The translations under genes were made by a program, and so were the position numbers. Under the pieces are notes generated by a model that worked only from the letters and a program-made list of their open reading frames with translations, had not been told where the DNA came from and made no database searches. Of a DNA stretch of 64,000 nt, positions 1 through 9,544 are shown piece by piece (the stretch's first letter is position 1; every line of letters begins with the position of its first letter). This stretch comes from Candidatus Levyibacteriota bacterium (GTDB lineage: Bacteria > Patescibacteriota > Microgenomatia > Levybacterales > UBA12049): the NCBI GenBank assembly GCA_016432345.1, contig CP066685.1:695740-759739 (forward strand), read 5' to 3'.

Positions 1-195
1 TCGTGAAGAAAAAAACAATACATCAACAACAATCACATTGATAAAAAGGACAAAAATAAAACCCAAAAGGACAAATACAGTAGCTTTATTTTCAAAAAGA
101 TACCCTGCGCTACTCGTAAATGCTTGGATTTTACTTGGAGAATCTTCCTGGGAATCGTCCATACAAATAGTATAGCAAAAGAGGAAAAAGAAATC

Positions 196-270
196 TGGTC
201 GGGGTGAGAGGAATTGGACCTCCTGCTTCTCGGTCCCAAACCGAGCGTTCTACCGATGAACTACACCCCG
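196..270 (-). tRNA. tRNA-Pro (anticodon TGG)
   Basis: Reverse complement reads CGGGGTG...CTCGG-TTTGGGA-CCGAG...CACCCCG-A-CCA: 7-bp acceptor stem, anticodon stem-loop with TGG, T-loop GTCCAATTC, encoded CCA. Confidence 0.85.
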
Positions 271-272
271 AG

Positions 273-357
273 TGCCGCGAGAGAGAGTCGAACTCTCACA
301 CCCTTTTAGGATAAAGGCTCTTAAGGCCTTCGTGTCTGCCATTCCACCACCGCGGCG
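273..357 (-). tRNA. tRNA-Leu (anticodon TAA), type II with long variable arm
   Basis: Reverse complement GCCGCGG...AAGGC-CTTAAGA-GCCTT...long variable arm...GTTCGACTC...CCGCGGC-A; anticodon TAA. Confidence 0.85.
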
Positions 358-394
358 TTTTACCACTCTATTCTACTGCATATAACATATACTA

Positions 395-1363
395 TCAACC
401 ATGTGAAGGTGGAGTGATTCCTAAAACTTTCAACGAATAATCCAAAAGCTCCTTCATATCCTCACGCCTGTTATTACTATTAAGAAGCACGCCAATTATC
501 TGATGATTATTGTAATCTAAATATGTTGCCAAACAAAGACCAGCCTCTGGCGTATAGCCTGTTTTAACGCCTTTTACTCCAGGATAAGTTGTCAGAAGAT
601 TTGTTTCATTTTCTAAATAAAACGCTTTGTGCGTTTGCGAATAGGGAATTTGGTACTCTGACGTTTCAACTATTTTTTGGAAAAGAGGAAAATGCTCAAA
701 TGCGTATTTTGTGATAATAAGTAAATCATAGACGGTTGTATACTGCTTGCCATCTCCCTGCAGTCCGCTTGAGTTAGTAAAATGCGTATCCAAAAGACCA
801 AATGATTTTGCCTTATTATTCATAGCTAAAATAAACGCCTCGCGTCCTAAAGGATAATTACTGGCCAAAACCTCGGCTGCATCATTACCCGATGGCAGCA
901 TAAGCCCATACAAAAGCTCTTCTTGAGTCAGAATTTCGTTTTCGCCCAAACCCATACTATCTTCTCCCACCAAATTCTCTTTCGATACGATATACCTATC
1001 GTCTTCTTTTTTGTTTTCCAAAGCAATTATGGCGGTCATTATTTTAGTTAATGACGCCATGGGAAGTTTTCGATGCTCATTTTTGGTATAAAGCGCAGTA
1101 TCAGACGTCAAATCGTACACAATCGCGGCCTCTGCCGAAATCTGAGGCTTTTCCAAAGCTAAGCTTTGCATAATGTTTTCTTTGGGAAACCAAAGATCAA
1201 TAGATGAAACTTGGCTGTTTTCCCATAGGTTTAAAAAAGAGGGGAGAGGAGAAACAACTTTTGATTTTGCCAAAATATTTGGAGATATATACCACATAAT
1301 TAATCCTGCAAGCAAAAAAAGACAAATACTTGTTGCTATATACGAAAACCAAATATGCCGCAT
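395..1363 (-). CDS. D-alanyl-D-alanine carboxypeptidase (serine peptidase S11, PBP5/6-like) with N-terminal membrane anchor
   Basis: 322-aa ORF containing the three active-site motifs SLTK (SxxK), SGN and KTG in canonical order and spacing. Confidence 0.85.
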   Translation of the reverse strand: MRHIWFSYIATSICLFLLAGLIMWYISPNILAKSKVVSPLPSFLNLWENSQVSSIDLWFPKENIMQSLALEKPQISAEAAIVYDLTSDTALYTKNEHRKLPMASLTKIMTAIIALENKKEDDRYIVSKENLVGEDSMGLGENEILTQEELLYGLMLPSGNDAAEVLASNYPLGREAFILAMNNKAKSFGLLDTHFTNSSGLQGDGKQYTTVYDLLIITKYAFEHFPLFQKIVETSEYQIPYSQTHKAFYLENETNLLTTYPGVKGVKTGYTPEAGLCLATYLDYNNHQIIGVLLNSNNRREDMKELLDYSLKVLGITPPSHG

Positions 1364-1435
1364 TTTATTATTTTAGCAAAAAACATATATTAGCGCTAAA
1401 TTGACGGAGACTAATTGTTTTAGTATCATAGTAAA

Positions 1436-2011
1436 ATGAGCTTACTTTTTTTAAATCTGTTTTGGATTGCCACAAATATATTATTAGCCGTATTGGCGGT
1501 TGATTTTGGCTGGCTGGCGTGGAAAATAAAACAAACACAACTAAAACCAGCGCTTTGGTTTCTCTGGCTGCTTTTTGTTCCAAATACTATGTATATGGTT
1601 ACTGATCTCATTCACTTCCAAAAGCAATTTAACAAAGTTAATGCCAGCGCAACAGATATAGCAATATTAATTTTGCAATACAGTATTTTACTGCTGGCTA
1701 CATTAATTACATTTTTACTTGCTATGCATCCATTTGAAAAAACACTTATAAAAAAGCTAAAACATCCTTTATATGTTTCTTTCGCTATTTTTGTGGTCAA
1801 TTTTATTATTGCCTTTGGCATTGTGATTGGCCGGGTACAACGCACAAATTCATGGGAAGTATTTACTAATATCGGAAAAGTTATCCAAGACAGTAATAAT
1901 GTATTTACTTCCCAAGAACTAATGACGCTTGTAATTTTTTTTGGCGTCCTTAATAATTGCGTCTATTTCTTTTTTAGAAAAAAAGTTTATCTGTATGAAA
2001 TCGCAAAATAA
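1436..2011 (+). CDS. Polytopic integral membrane protein, function unknown
   Basis: 191-aa ORF with several hydrophobic helices; no recognisable catalytic motif. Confidence 0.5.
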   Translation: MSLLFLNLFWIATNILLAVLAVDFGWLAWKIKQTQLKPALWFLWLLFVPNTMYMVTDLIHFQKQFNKVNASATDIAILILQYSILLLATLITFLLAMHPFEKTLIKKLKHPLYVSFAIFVVNFIIAFGIVIGRVQRTNSWEVFTNIGKVIQDSNNVFTSQELMTLVIFFGVLNNCVYFFFRKKVYLYEIAK

Positions 2012-2372
2012 CGCCTGGCGACAAAGCCGTGTTTATCATGGTAAAAAACAAGGTCGGTTGCTTGGCTTCCCAACTCTTAATCTTGATCCTTTGGTTTTAC
2101 CAAAAGATCAAAAAGAAGGAGTCTATGCGGCGATAGTAAAACTTAAAGGAAAAACATACAAAGCAGCGCTTTTTTTTGGCCCGCGGATTGTGGTTGGCGA
2201 GACGTATAATACGCTGGAGCTTTATGTGTTTGATTTTTCAGATGAAATATACGATAAAAAAATAGAATTTCAAATTTTGGATTTTATTCGGGGAGTGATG
2301 GACTTTTCGTCATTTGAAGAACTTAAAAAACAAATAAAAAAAGATGTCGAAAAAATACAATCCTTGATATGA
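1995..2372 (+). CDS. Riboflavin kinase domain protein (RibF C-terminal-domain-like)
   Basis: GRLLGFPTLNL matches the riboflavin kinase GRxLGFPTANL motif. Start placed at the internal Met that gives the usual motif position; it overlaps the preceding ORF by 17 nt. Confidence 0.65.
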   Translation: MKSQNNAWRQSRVYHGKKQGRLLGFPTLNLDPLVLPKDQKEGVYAAIVKLKGKTYKAALFFGPRIVVGETYNTLELYVFDFSDEIYDKKIEFQILDFIRGVMDFSSFEELKKQIKKDVEKIQSLI

Positions 2373-3289
2373 AAAAAACCTCATTCTTTCCATTGTTTTT
2401 GTTGGCAATCGCGTTTCTTTACTTTTTCTATCCGCCTTTTTCTGCAATTGCCAATAAAGTTTTATATCAATCACCGTGCGACACGCCAAAAACCTACAAA
2501 ATTGGCATTGTTGATTTACGCTTTCAACTGCCCAAAAGTGATTTTCAAGAAAGAACAAAAGAAGCGGCGCGAATTTGGAATACAGCTCTTCAGAAAAATC
2601 TCCTTTTGTACGATCCGCAAGCAATACTTACAGTTAATCTTGTTTACGACCAAAGACAATCATTAAATACACAAATAAACTCGCTTGAAGGCACGCTAAA
2701 TAGTCAAAAATCATCTCTAGATTCCGAAATTGCAGAATACGAAAGCCTTGCGAAATCATTTGAAAGCAAACTTTCGGCGTTTAACACCCAGGTTAGCTAT
2801 TGGAATAGTCAAGGCGGCGCGCCTAAAGATGAATACGACAAGCTAAAAAAAGAGGAAGAAGAATTAAAAACGCAGGCGCAGCGAATAAATGCGTTGGCCA
2901 AAAAACTAAACTTTTCCACCCAAAATTACAATACCCAAGTTAATACTCTTAACACAACAATTCGTACATTCAAAAACGAACTTCAGAAAAAACCAGAAGA
3001 AGGAGTCTACAAACCAAAGGAGCAAAAAATTGATATTTTTTTTGACATCAACCATGATGAGCTTGTCCATACACTGGCGCATGAATTTGGCCACGCCTTA
3101 GACATTGACCATATTCCAAACGAAAACGCTATTATGTATCCCTTTACCACACAAACAATTAAACCCGCAGCAGAAGAAATTGCGGCTTTACAAAAAATCT
3201 GCGAGAAGCGTTTTATCGGAGAAATAGCATTTAAAAATGCGGTTATACTTACTCAAGAACTTATTACAAAAGTGAAAGAAACAAAATAA
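2369..3289 (+). CDS. Secreted metzincin-type zinc metallopeptidase with a coiled-coil region
   Basis: N-terminal signal peptide; HEFGHALDIDH (HExxHxxxxxH) followed by an AIMYP Met-turn; central region rich in heptad-like repeats. Confidence 0.65.
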   Translation: MKKTSFFPLFLLAIAFLYFFYPPFSAIANKVLYQSPCDTPKTYKIGIVDLRFQLPKSDFQERTKEAARIWNTALQKNLLLYDPQAILTVNLVYDQRQSLNTQINSLEGTLNSQKSSLDSEIAEYESLAKSFESKLSAFNTQVSYWNSQGGAPKDEYDKLKKEEEELKTQAQRINALAKKLNFSTQNYNTQVNTLNTTIRTFKNELQKKPEEGVYKPKEQKIDIFFDINHDELVHTLAHEFGHALDIDHIPNENAIMYPFTTQTIKPAAEEIAALQKICEKRFIGEIAFKNAVILTQELITKVKETK

Positions 3290-3314
3290 CCTCGTTTTCT
3301 GCTATAATATATAC

Positions 3315-3337
3315 ACCGCATAAGGCGGTTTTTTTAA
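3315..3337 (+). terminator. Putative intrinsic terminator after the metallopeptidase gene
   Basis: ACCGC-ataag-GCGGT hairpin followed by a T7 run, immediately 3' of the stop at 3289. Confidence 0.45.
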
Positions 3338-3339
3338 TT

Positions 3340-5160
3340 ATGGATATTCGTAATGTGGCCATTATCGCCCATGTTGACCATGGAAAAACAACATTGGTGG
3401 ACGCGCTGTTAAAGCAATCAAAAACAAAACTGCATAAAGACAGCGCTAGCTCGCTTATTATGGATAGCAACGAGCTTGAGCAAGAAAGGGGTATTACTAT
3501 TTTTTCCAAAAACGCCTCGGTGCTGTGGCATTCGCCAGCTGGCGAAACCAAAATAAATATTATTGACACCCCAGGACACGCAGATTTTGGCGGGGAAGTA
3601 GAAAGAGTTTTAAAAATGGCCGATGGATGCTTGCTGCTAATTGATGCCAAAGAAGGACCAATGCCCCAGACCCGTTTTGTTTTAAAAAAAGCGCTGGAGA
3701 TGAAATTAAAAATTATTGTGGTTGTTAATAAAATTGATAAAAAAGACGCCCGTATCCATTATGTGCTTAGTAAAACTCTTGATTTGTTTTTCGAATTAGG
3801 AGCCGATGAAGAAACCGCCGATTTTCCCATTATTTATGCATCGGCAAAAATGGGAAAAGCAGGACTCACAGAAGATTTAACAGCCATGACCGATATATCA
3901 CCGATATTTAACATGATTCTAGAAAAAATTCCATCCCCTGCTGGAGACAAAAATAAGCCACTTCAGATACTTATTACCACCCTTTCTACTGATCTGCATA
4001 AAGGACGCATTGCGATTGGACGAATATACAATGGCACAATTAAAAACGGCCAAGACATAGTCCAAATAAAAAGGGACCAAACAAAAAATACTTATAGAGT
4101 AACTTCTCTTATGACCTTTGTTGGGCTTGATAAAACAGAAGTAGAAAGTACAGAAAGCGGCGATCTTGTGGCTGTTTCTGGTATTGCCAATCCTGAAATT
4201 GGCGAAACAATTACTGATCCTACAGAATCAATCGCTCTGCCTGTACTTAATATCGAAGAACCAACGATTAGAGTTACTTTTATGGTAAACAGCTCTCCTT
4301 TTGCAGGACGGGAAGGGGAATTTAAAACCTCTCGCCAAGTTAGGGATAGATTATATAAAGAACTAGAAACCGACATGGCTCTTAGGGTACAAGACGATGC
4401 TTTAGGAGGTTGGGTTGTGTCGGGACGGGGAGAACTGCATATTGCAATTTTAATTGAGCGGATGCGGCGGGAAGGATACGAATTTCAAGTTGGCAGACCA
4501 CAAGTTATTGATAAAGTTATAAACGGCGAAAAACTTACTCCGTACGAACGCATATTTATAGAAATACCAGATGAATTTAGCGGTATTGTTATGCAAAAAT
4601 TAGGCGCAAGACGCGGCGAATTACAAGATATGAAGTCAGAAAACGGCACAACATATATGGAATTTATTATTTCCACCCGCGGGCTTTTTGGCTATCGAAG
4701 CGAATTTGTTACAGATACTCGGGGTTTAGGTATTATTAACACTTCATTTTACAAATACGATAAAGACAATGGTTATTCTCACGAAAGGGAAAGAGGTTCG
4801 CTTGTTGTTCACGAAAATGGCATAACCAATTTATATGGCCTTACCAATGCCCAAGATAGAGGAATACTTTTTGTTGGACCCGGCATAGATGTTTACAAAG
4901 GACAAGTTGTTGGAGAAAATGCCAGATCAGAAGATATGACAATTAATGTCTGCAAAGAAAAACAACTCTCCAACATGCGCTCCAAAGGCGAAGGCGGCAT
5001 GGAACATTTTAATACACCAAAACAAATGGGGCTTGAAGACGCGCTGGAATTTATTGCCGATGACGAACTTGTTGAAGTAACACCTAAAAATATTCGAATT
5101 AGGAAAGCCATACTTGACGAAGTTGAAGCCCGCCGCAAACGCTCCCAAGGATTGATTTAA
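3340..5160 (+). CDS. typA: Translational GTPase TypA/BipA
   Basis: 606 aa; N-terminus VAIIAHVDHGKTTLVD, DTPGHADF, NKIDK G-motifs; full TypA-length C-terminal domains. Confidence 0.9.
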   Translation: MDIRNVAIIAHVDHGKTTLVDALLKQSKTKLHKDSASSLIMDSNELEQERGITIFSKNASVLWHSPAGETKINIIDTPGHADFGGEVERVLKMADGCLLLIDAKEGPMPQTRFVLKKALEMKLKIIVVVNKIDKKDARIHYVLSKTLDLFFELGADEETADFPIIYASAKMGKAGLTEDLTAMTDISPIFNMILEKIPSPAGDKNKPLQILITTLSTDLHKGRIAIGRIYNGTIKNGQDIVQIKRDQTKNTYRVTSLMTFVGLDKTEVESTESGDLVAVSGIANPEIGETITDPTESIALPVLNIEEPTIRVTFMVNSSPFAGREGEFKTSRQVRDRLYKELETDMALRVQDDALGGWVVSGRGELHIAILIERMRREGYEFQVGRPQVIDKVINGEKLTPYERIFIEIPDEFSGIVMQKLGARRGELQDMKSENGTTYMEFIISTRGLFGYRSEFVTDTRGLGIINTSFYKYDKDNGYSHERERGSLVVHENGITNLYGLTNAQDRGILFVGPGIDVYKGQVVGENARSEDMTINVCKEKQLSNMRSKGEGGMEHFNTPKQMGLEDALEFIADDELVEVTPKNIRIRKAILDEVEARRKRSQGLI

Positions 5161-5268
5161 CAACCTTTTTAACGACTGTCGTTATAGATGTTGATACGAC
5201 AACCTAAAATCAATCTCCCTCTGTCTGTTCTTGAACAAAAACTCCAAATCTTGTATCATAATAAACAT

Positions 5269-5340
5269 TGCTGAGTCGTCTAATGGTAGGACAACGGACT
5301 TTGGATCCGTTTATTCTGGTTCGAATCCAGGCTCAGCAGC
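5269..5340 (+). tRNA. tRNA-Gln (anticodon TTG)
   Basis: TGCTGAG acceptor stem pairing with CTCAGCA; anticodon stem ACGGA/TCCGT with loop CTTTGGA; T-loop GGTTCGAATCC. Confidence 0.85.
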
Positions 5341-5394
5341 CTAGGCTTTAGTATCGGAAATTTCATTAATCTTAACCACCTTATTAAACTTATC

Positions 5395-6438
5395 ATGAAT
5401 AATTTTTTTCGAAATAAAATACTTATTGTTGTACTTCTCCTAATTAACGCTACTCTTATTGTATTTCTTCCAAAGAATAAATCAATAAGTACTCCTTTAA
5501 ACAAAAACACAATAAACCCGCAAACCAAACAAAACCTTAACCCTTTGTCAATTGAAGCCATGCGCGAGAAAACATATCCAGGCAGCGATATTATAATCGA
5601 ACAAACTCTACCTTCTACCAGTAATTACAATCAGTATCTTACTTCCTACCAATCGGACGGTCTAAAAATCTACGCTCTGTTAACTGTTCCTATTGGCCAA
5701 AAACCCAAAAATGGTTGGCCGGTGATTGTTTTTAATCATGGCTATATTCCGCCCGAAGTTTACCGGACAACCGAAAGGTATGTTGCTTACATTGATGCTT
5801 TTGCCAGAAACGGCTATATAGTTTTTAAACCAGATTACAGAGGAAATGGTAATTCCCAAGGAAAACCCGAAGGCGCATATTACTCTGCGGCTTACGCAAC
5901 CGATGATTTAAATGCAATTTCCTCAATTAAAAAATATAAAGACGCAAACCCCCAAAGAATTGGCGTTTGGGGCCACTCAATGGGCGGCAATATTACCCTT
6001 CGGGATTTGGTTGTAAACACAAAAGATATAAAAGCGGCTGTAATTTGGGGTGGGGTTGTTGGCTCGTACGAAGACTTAATGTATAACTGGCAACGAAAAG
6101 TAACTTATCGTCCATCAGGAAGAGAACTAACACTTCGAAATTCATCCAGACAACAATTAATAGACAAATATGGGGACCCAAGAAAAAACCCGCAGTTTTG
6201 GAACTCGCTTGACCCTACCTACTTTGTAAAAGATATTACAGCGCCCATTCAATTGGACACAGGCGGCAGCGACGAAGAAGTACCGGTGGCTTTTTCTAAG
6301 TCTCTAAAAGACAAATTGCAAACGGCTGGAAAAACCGTTGAATATTTCGAATATCCAGGAGATGACCACAACATTTCTCAAAATTTTACCCCTGCCATGC
6401 AAAATTCAGTTAAATTTTTCGATAAATACCTAAAATAG
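5395..6438 (+). CDS. Membrane-anchored alpha/beta hydrolase (S9 peptidase / dienelactone hydrolase-like)
   Basis: N-terminal TM helix, linker, then a hydrolase fold with the GHSMGG nucleophile elbow. Confidence 0.7.
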   Translation: MNNFFRNKILIVVLLLINATLIVFLPKNKSISTPLNKNTINPQTKQNLNPLSIEAMREKTYPGSDIIIEQTLPSTSNYNQYLTSYQSDGLKIYALLTVPIGQKPKNGWPVIVFNHGYIPPEVYRTTERYVAYIDAFARNGYIVFKPDYRGNGNSQGKPEGAYYSAAYATDDLNAISSIKKYKDANPQRIGVWGHSMGGNITLRDLVVNTKDIKAAVIWGGVVGSYEDLMYNWQRKVTYRPSGRELTLRNSSRQQLIDKYGDPRKNPQFWNSLDPTYFVKDITAPIQLDTGGSDEEVPVAFSKSLKDKLQTAGKTVEYFEYPGDDHNISQNFTPAMQNSVKFFDKYLK

Positions 6439-6711
6439 CTGACTTAGACTTTTAGCCTCAATTTTGATATAATCCGCGGATGCTTCCAAAAAAATCCGTA
6501 TTTATCATCCCGGGATTTAGGCACAAACCTACCAGCAAAGCAAGTAAAGGCAAAACAAAAACATTTCGCTACATTCCTTCAGTAGAAAAGTATCTAATAC
6601 AAATCCAAAAAACCGACCATGATATCGGAAATACCCGATATTTACAAACACTCCGCCTCGCAACAAAAGAATTATTGTAATAATTTTTTTTGTCTGTTAT
6701 ATTAGAACCGA

Positions 6712-7533
6712 ATGCGCAGAAACGATATACTGAAAGCAAATAAAAAATGGTGGAATGATGTTACCCCAATTCACGCAAAATCCAAACTCTATAATCTCGC
6801 CTCTTTTAAAAAAGGAAAAACCAGTTTAGAAAAAACAGAAATTACAGAATTGGGCAATAACGTTCGTGGAAAAACCTTATTACATCCCATGTGCCACTTT
6901 GGTATGGACACATTATCGTGGGCCAGAAAAGGCGCAATAACAACAGGTGTTGATTTATCAGATAAAGCAATTGAATTCGCAAAAGAATTAAGTAAAGAAA
7001 CCCATATTCCATCAACCTTTATATGTTCGGATTTTAATAAATTGCCAAAAGCACTCAACAAAAAATTTGATATTATTTTTATGTCTTATGGCGTACTTTG
7101 CTGGATAACAGACATTAATAAATGGGCAAAAATAATAAGTCATTTTTTAAAAAAAGGTGGCACTTTTTATATTATCGAACTTCATCCATTTACCAACATA
7201 TTAAGTTATGATTTTAAGATATCCTACAACTATTTTGATAAAGGCCCAGACATTGATGATTCAGAAGGCACCTATGCAGATTGGAATGCGCCGATAAAAA
7301 GCCCGACATATGTCTGGAGCTATACCATAAGTAATGTTATAAACGCGCTAACCCAACAAGGATTAAAAATAGAATATGTCCATGAATTTCCTTTTACCAT
7401 GTACGATCAGTTTCCCGGATTTATGAAGATAAACGAAAAAAACCAATATGTCTTAAAAAATAAAAAAATTCAAATACCTCTCTTGTTTTCCATAAAAGCT
7501 ACCAAACAAAACTTTAATACTGCCAAGTATTGA
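6712..7533 (+). CDS. Class I SAM-dependent methyltransferase
   Basis: LLHPMCHFGMDT (motif I-like), GVDLSDKAIEFAKE (motif post-I), FDIIFMSYGVL (motif II). Confidence 0.6.
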   Translation: MRRNDILKANKKWWNDVTPIHAKSKLYNLASFKKGKTSLEKTEITELGNNVRGKTLLHPMCHFGMDTLSWARKGAITTGVDLSDKAIEFAKELSKETHIPSTFICSDFNKLPKALNKKFDIIFMSYGVLCWITDINKWAKIISHFLKKGGTFYIIELHPFTNILSYDFKISYNYFDKGPDIDDSEGTYADWNAPIKSPTYVWSYTISNVINALTQQGLKIEYVHEFPFTMYDQFPGFMKINEKNQYVLKNKKIQIPLLFSIKATKQNFNTAKY

Positions 7534-7703
7534 AGTTTTTTACATAAAACTATGTCTCTTATTTTTACTATTCTAAGCTTTGGCTTTACCTGCGACTGCG
7601 TCATGCCATCGATGCTGACCACGTAGCGGCAATTACTACATTTGTCAACCGAGAGCAAAGCATCCGCTCTGCAGAAGTAAGGATACGACAGCTTTTTTAT
7701 TTG

Positions 7704-7775
7704 AGCGGCGGACCGGATTCGAACCGGCGACATCTTCCTTGGCAAGGAAGCATTCTACCACTGAATTACCACCGC
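7704..7775 (-). tRNA. tRNA-Gly (anticodon GCC)
   Basis: Reverse complement GCGGTGG-TA-ATTCAGTGGTAGAAT...CTTCC-TTGCCAA-GGAAG...GGTTCGAATCC...CCGCCGC. Confidence 0.85.
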
Positions 7776-7780
7776 ACGGG

Positions 7781-7853
7781 TGCCGAGAGCAGGAATCGAA
7801 CCCGCATAACCGCTTCTTCAGAGCGGCGCCTTGACCACGTTGGCAATCTCGGC
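7781..7853 (-). tRNA. tRNA-Phe (anticodon GAA)
   Basis: Reverse complement GCCGAGA...CCGCT-CTGAAGA-AGCGG...GGTTCGATTCC...TCTCGGC-A. Confidence 0.8.
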
Positions 7854-8135
7854 TTTCTGCTTTTGTATTCTAGCATAAGTTCTAACCCTATGACAATTCG
7901 CACAAACAAGGTCACATTTTATTATCTCTTTCTTTATTTTTTCTATATTTGATGTATCGTTAACAGCCATCCAAGAAATACTTCTTATTTTTGTTTCTCC
8001 ATCACGATGATCAAAATCCATTACATATGGTGGAAATAAATTACTACAATCCATACATGGTCTATCTTTCTTTAACTCAGTGATAAATCTACGGCGTTCT
8101 TCTTTGTATCTTGTTTTTCTTAGTAATGCTAACAT
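7818..8135 (-). CDS. HNH homing-endonuclease-like protein
   Basis: 105 aa with CMDCS...FDHRDGE...N...CANCH (CxxC, His-Asp, Asn, CxxCH: HNH/His-Me finger). The last 11 codons plus the TGA stop are the first 36 nt of tRNA-Phe. Confidence 0.7.
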   Translation of the reverse strand: MLALLRKTRYKEERRRFITELKKDRPCMDCSNLFPPYVMDFDHRDGETKIRSISWMAVNDTSNIEKIKKEIIKCDLVCANCHRVRTYARIQKQKAEIANVVKAPL

Positions 8136-8143
8136 AAGTTGTC

Positions 8144-8688
8144 TTGTTTGGTTCTGATGATATTGGTATTCATGTCTGCATTGTAGATCTTGATGTTGGC
8201 ATGGCTCGCAAGCCAGTTATTATTGAAGTAAAACGGGGAGATTATTTAATTGGCCCGGATAATGGCGTGCTTTTACCTGCTGTAAGAATGCTTGGAGGAG
8301 ATAAGAAAGTCTTTGTAATAATAAATAAAGATTTTATGCTTTTACCAATTTCACCAATTTTTCATGGACGACATATTTTTTCACCAGTTGCTGCACATTT
8401 ATCAAATGGTGTACCAATCGATCAATTTGGTCCAGTTATCAGATTTAACACTTTAGAACCAGCGCCATATCAAGAAGCAACCATTAAAAATGGCGTCATT
8501 GAAGCAGAAGTTATTACGATTAATAAATTTGGCTCGCTCAAGTAGAGACTTTTGGCCAAGTCAAACCCCAAGAACCCCTCATTCTCAAAGACGATTATGG
8601 AAGAGTGGAAATTGCGATCAACCTCGGTGAATTTGCAAAAAAATATAAAGTAAACGTTGACGATAGAGTTGTTATTAAAAAGTTGTAG
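8144..8688 (+). pseudogene. 5'-truncated and frameshifted SAM hydroxide adenosyltransferase (DUF62 / fluorinase-chlorinase family) remnant
   Basis: Conserved DUF62 core (VDLDVGMARK..GPDNGVL...FHGRHIFSPVAAHL) but missing roughly 90 N-terminal residues. The C-terminal part (ETFGQVKPQEPLILKDDYGRVEIAINLGEFAKKY...) continues in a different frame after the stop at 8545. Confidence 0.65.
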
Positions 8689-8691
8689 ATG

Positions 8692-8763
8692 TGGGCACTG
8701 AGGGATTTGAACCCCCGGCATCTTCGATGTAAACGAAGCGCTCTACCACTGAGCTAAGTGCCC
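8692..8763 (-). tRNA. tRNA-Val (anticodon TAC)
   Basis: Reverse complement GGGCACT-TAGCTCAGTGGTAGAGC...CTTCG-TTTACAT-CGAAG...GGTTCAAATCC...AGTGCCC-A. Confidence 0.85.
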
Positions 8764-8781
8764 GACTATTTTTATGATTAG

Positions 8782-8865
8782 TGCCGAGGACAGGAGTCGA
8801 ACCTGCACGCTTTTTATAGCACTACCACCTCAAGGTAGCGGGTATACCAGTTTCCCCACCTCGGC
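8782..8865 (-). tRNA. tRNA-Leu (anticodon GAG), type II
   Basis: Reverse complement GCCGAGG...CTACC-TTGAGGT-GGTAG, long variable arm, GGTTCGACTCC, CCTCGGC-A. Confidence 0.85.
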
Positions 8866-9486
8866 TTGTTTACTAATTATATCTAAACAGGCTTGAATTT
8901 TAAAGTACTTTCTTTTCAGGCAAGGTACTTTTTTGTTGTAATACATCTTTCCAACAAGAATCAACGATTCCCTTTTTGCGAATTTTAAGCTAAATGTTGA
9001 TTTTCCTTCAAATTTAATAGCACCAGATAATCCGAAGAAACGCTTTATCTCCTTTTGTAACCATTCAATATGATTTTCGCTTGCAGAAAGAAAACCAGTA
9101 TACATCATAAAACTACTTTTCCATCTTTTATCCCAATAACTATATGTGTAGCCATCACCGTCTAAATGACCTCTTAAGAAATCCGCAAAATATCTATCCG
9201 GAATTTTTATACTACCTAAAGTTTTGGTCTTATGTGGAGTTAATCCAATGGATAATAAAAACCTGTAGAATTTTACATTTCCAAACTGAACCTGGTAGTA
9301 TTTTTTTTCGTGCGTGTAAGAACTATACTTTAATCCGATCTTATTTTTTAAGTTTAATATTTTTATAAAGGTTTGAATTTGATCCAAATCTTTCGACGTT
9401 AAATTAATATGCCTTCCATCTATCGAAAGACTTCCATCAGTCGTAATTAATCCTACAGCGTATGCTATACCTCTACTCCATCTCAC
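8830..9486 (-). CDS. Double-motif LAGLIDADG homing endonuclease, free-standing
   Basis: 218 aa with two LAGLIDADG motifs (AVGLITTDGSL and FLRGHLDGDGYTY). The last 11 codons plus the TGA stop coincide with the first 36 nt of tRNA-Leu(GAG). Confidence 0.75.
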   Translation of the reverse strand: MRWSRGIAYAVGLITTDGSLSIDGRHINLTSKDLDQIQTFIKILNLKNKIGLKYSSYTHEKKYYQVQFGNVKFYRFLLSIGLTPHKTKTLGSIKIPDRYFADFLRGHLDGDGYTYSYWDKRWKSSFMMYTGFLSASENHIEWLQKEIKRFFGLSGAIKFEGKSTFSLKFAKRESLILVGKMYYNKKVPCLKRKYFKIQACLDIISKQAEVGKLVYPLP

Positions 9487-9544
9487 TGATAAATTGTAGC
9501 ATACTCAAGAATTAGCGTATACCATTTACTACTTGCTCTTTTTT

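Noticed and set aside
33-239. 68-aa minus-strand ORF
   Set aside because: Overlaps tRNA-Pro (196-270) and has no motif; most likely a spurious ORF in a tRNA-flanking region.
5280-5561. 93-aa minus-strand ORF
   Set aside because: Lies antisense across tRNA-Gln and the 5' end of the hydrolase gene; judged spurious.
6480-6680. 66-aa basic ORF between the hydrolase and the methyltransferase
   Set aside because: No motif and weak coding character; could be a small protein, but there is not enough evidence to call it.
7701-7952. 83-aa plus-strand ORF
   Set aside because: Runs antisense through tRNA-Gly and tRNA-Phe; no coding signal.
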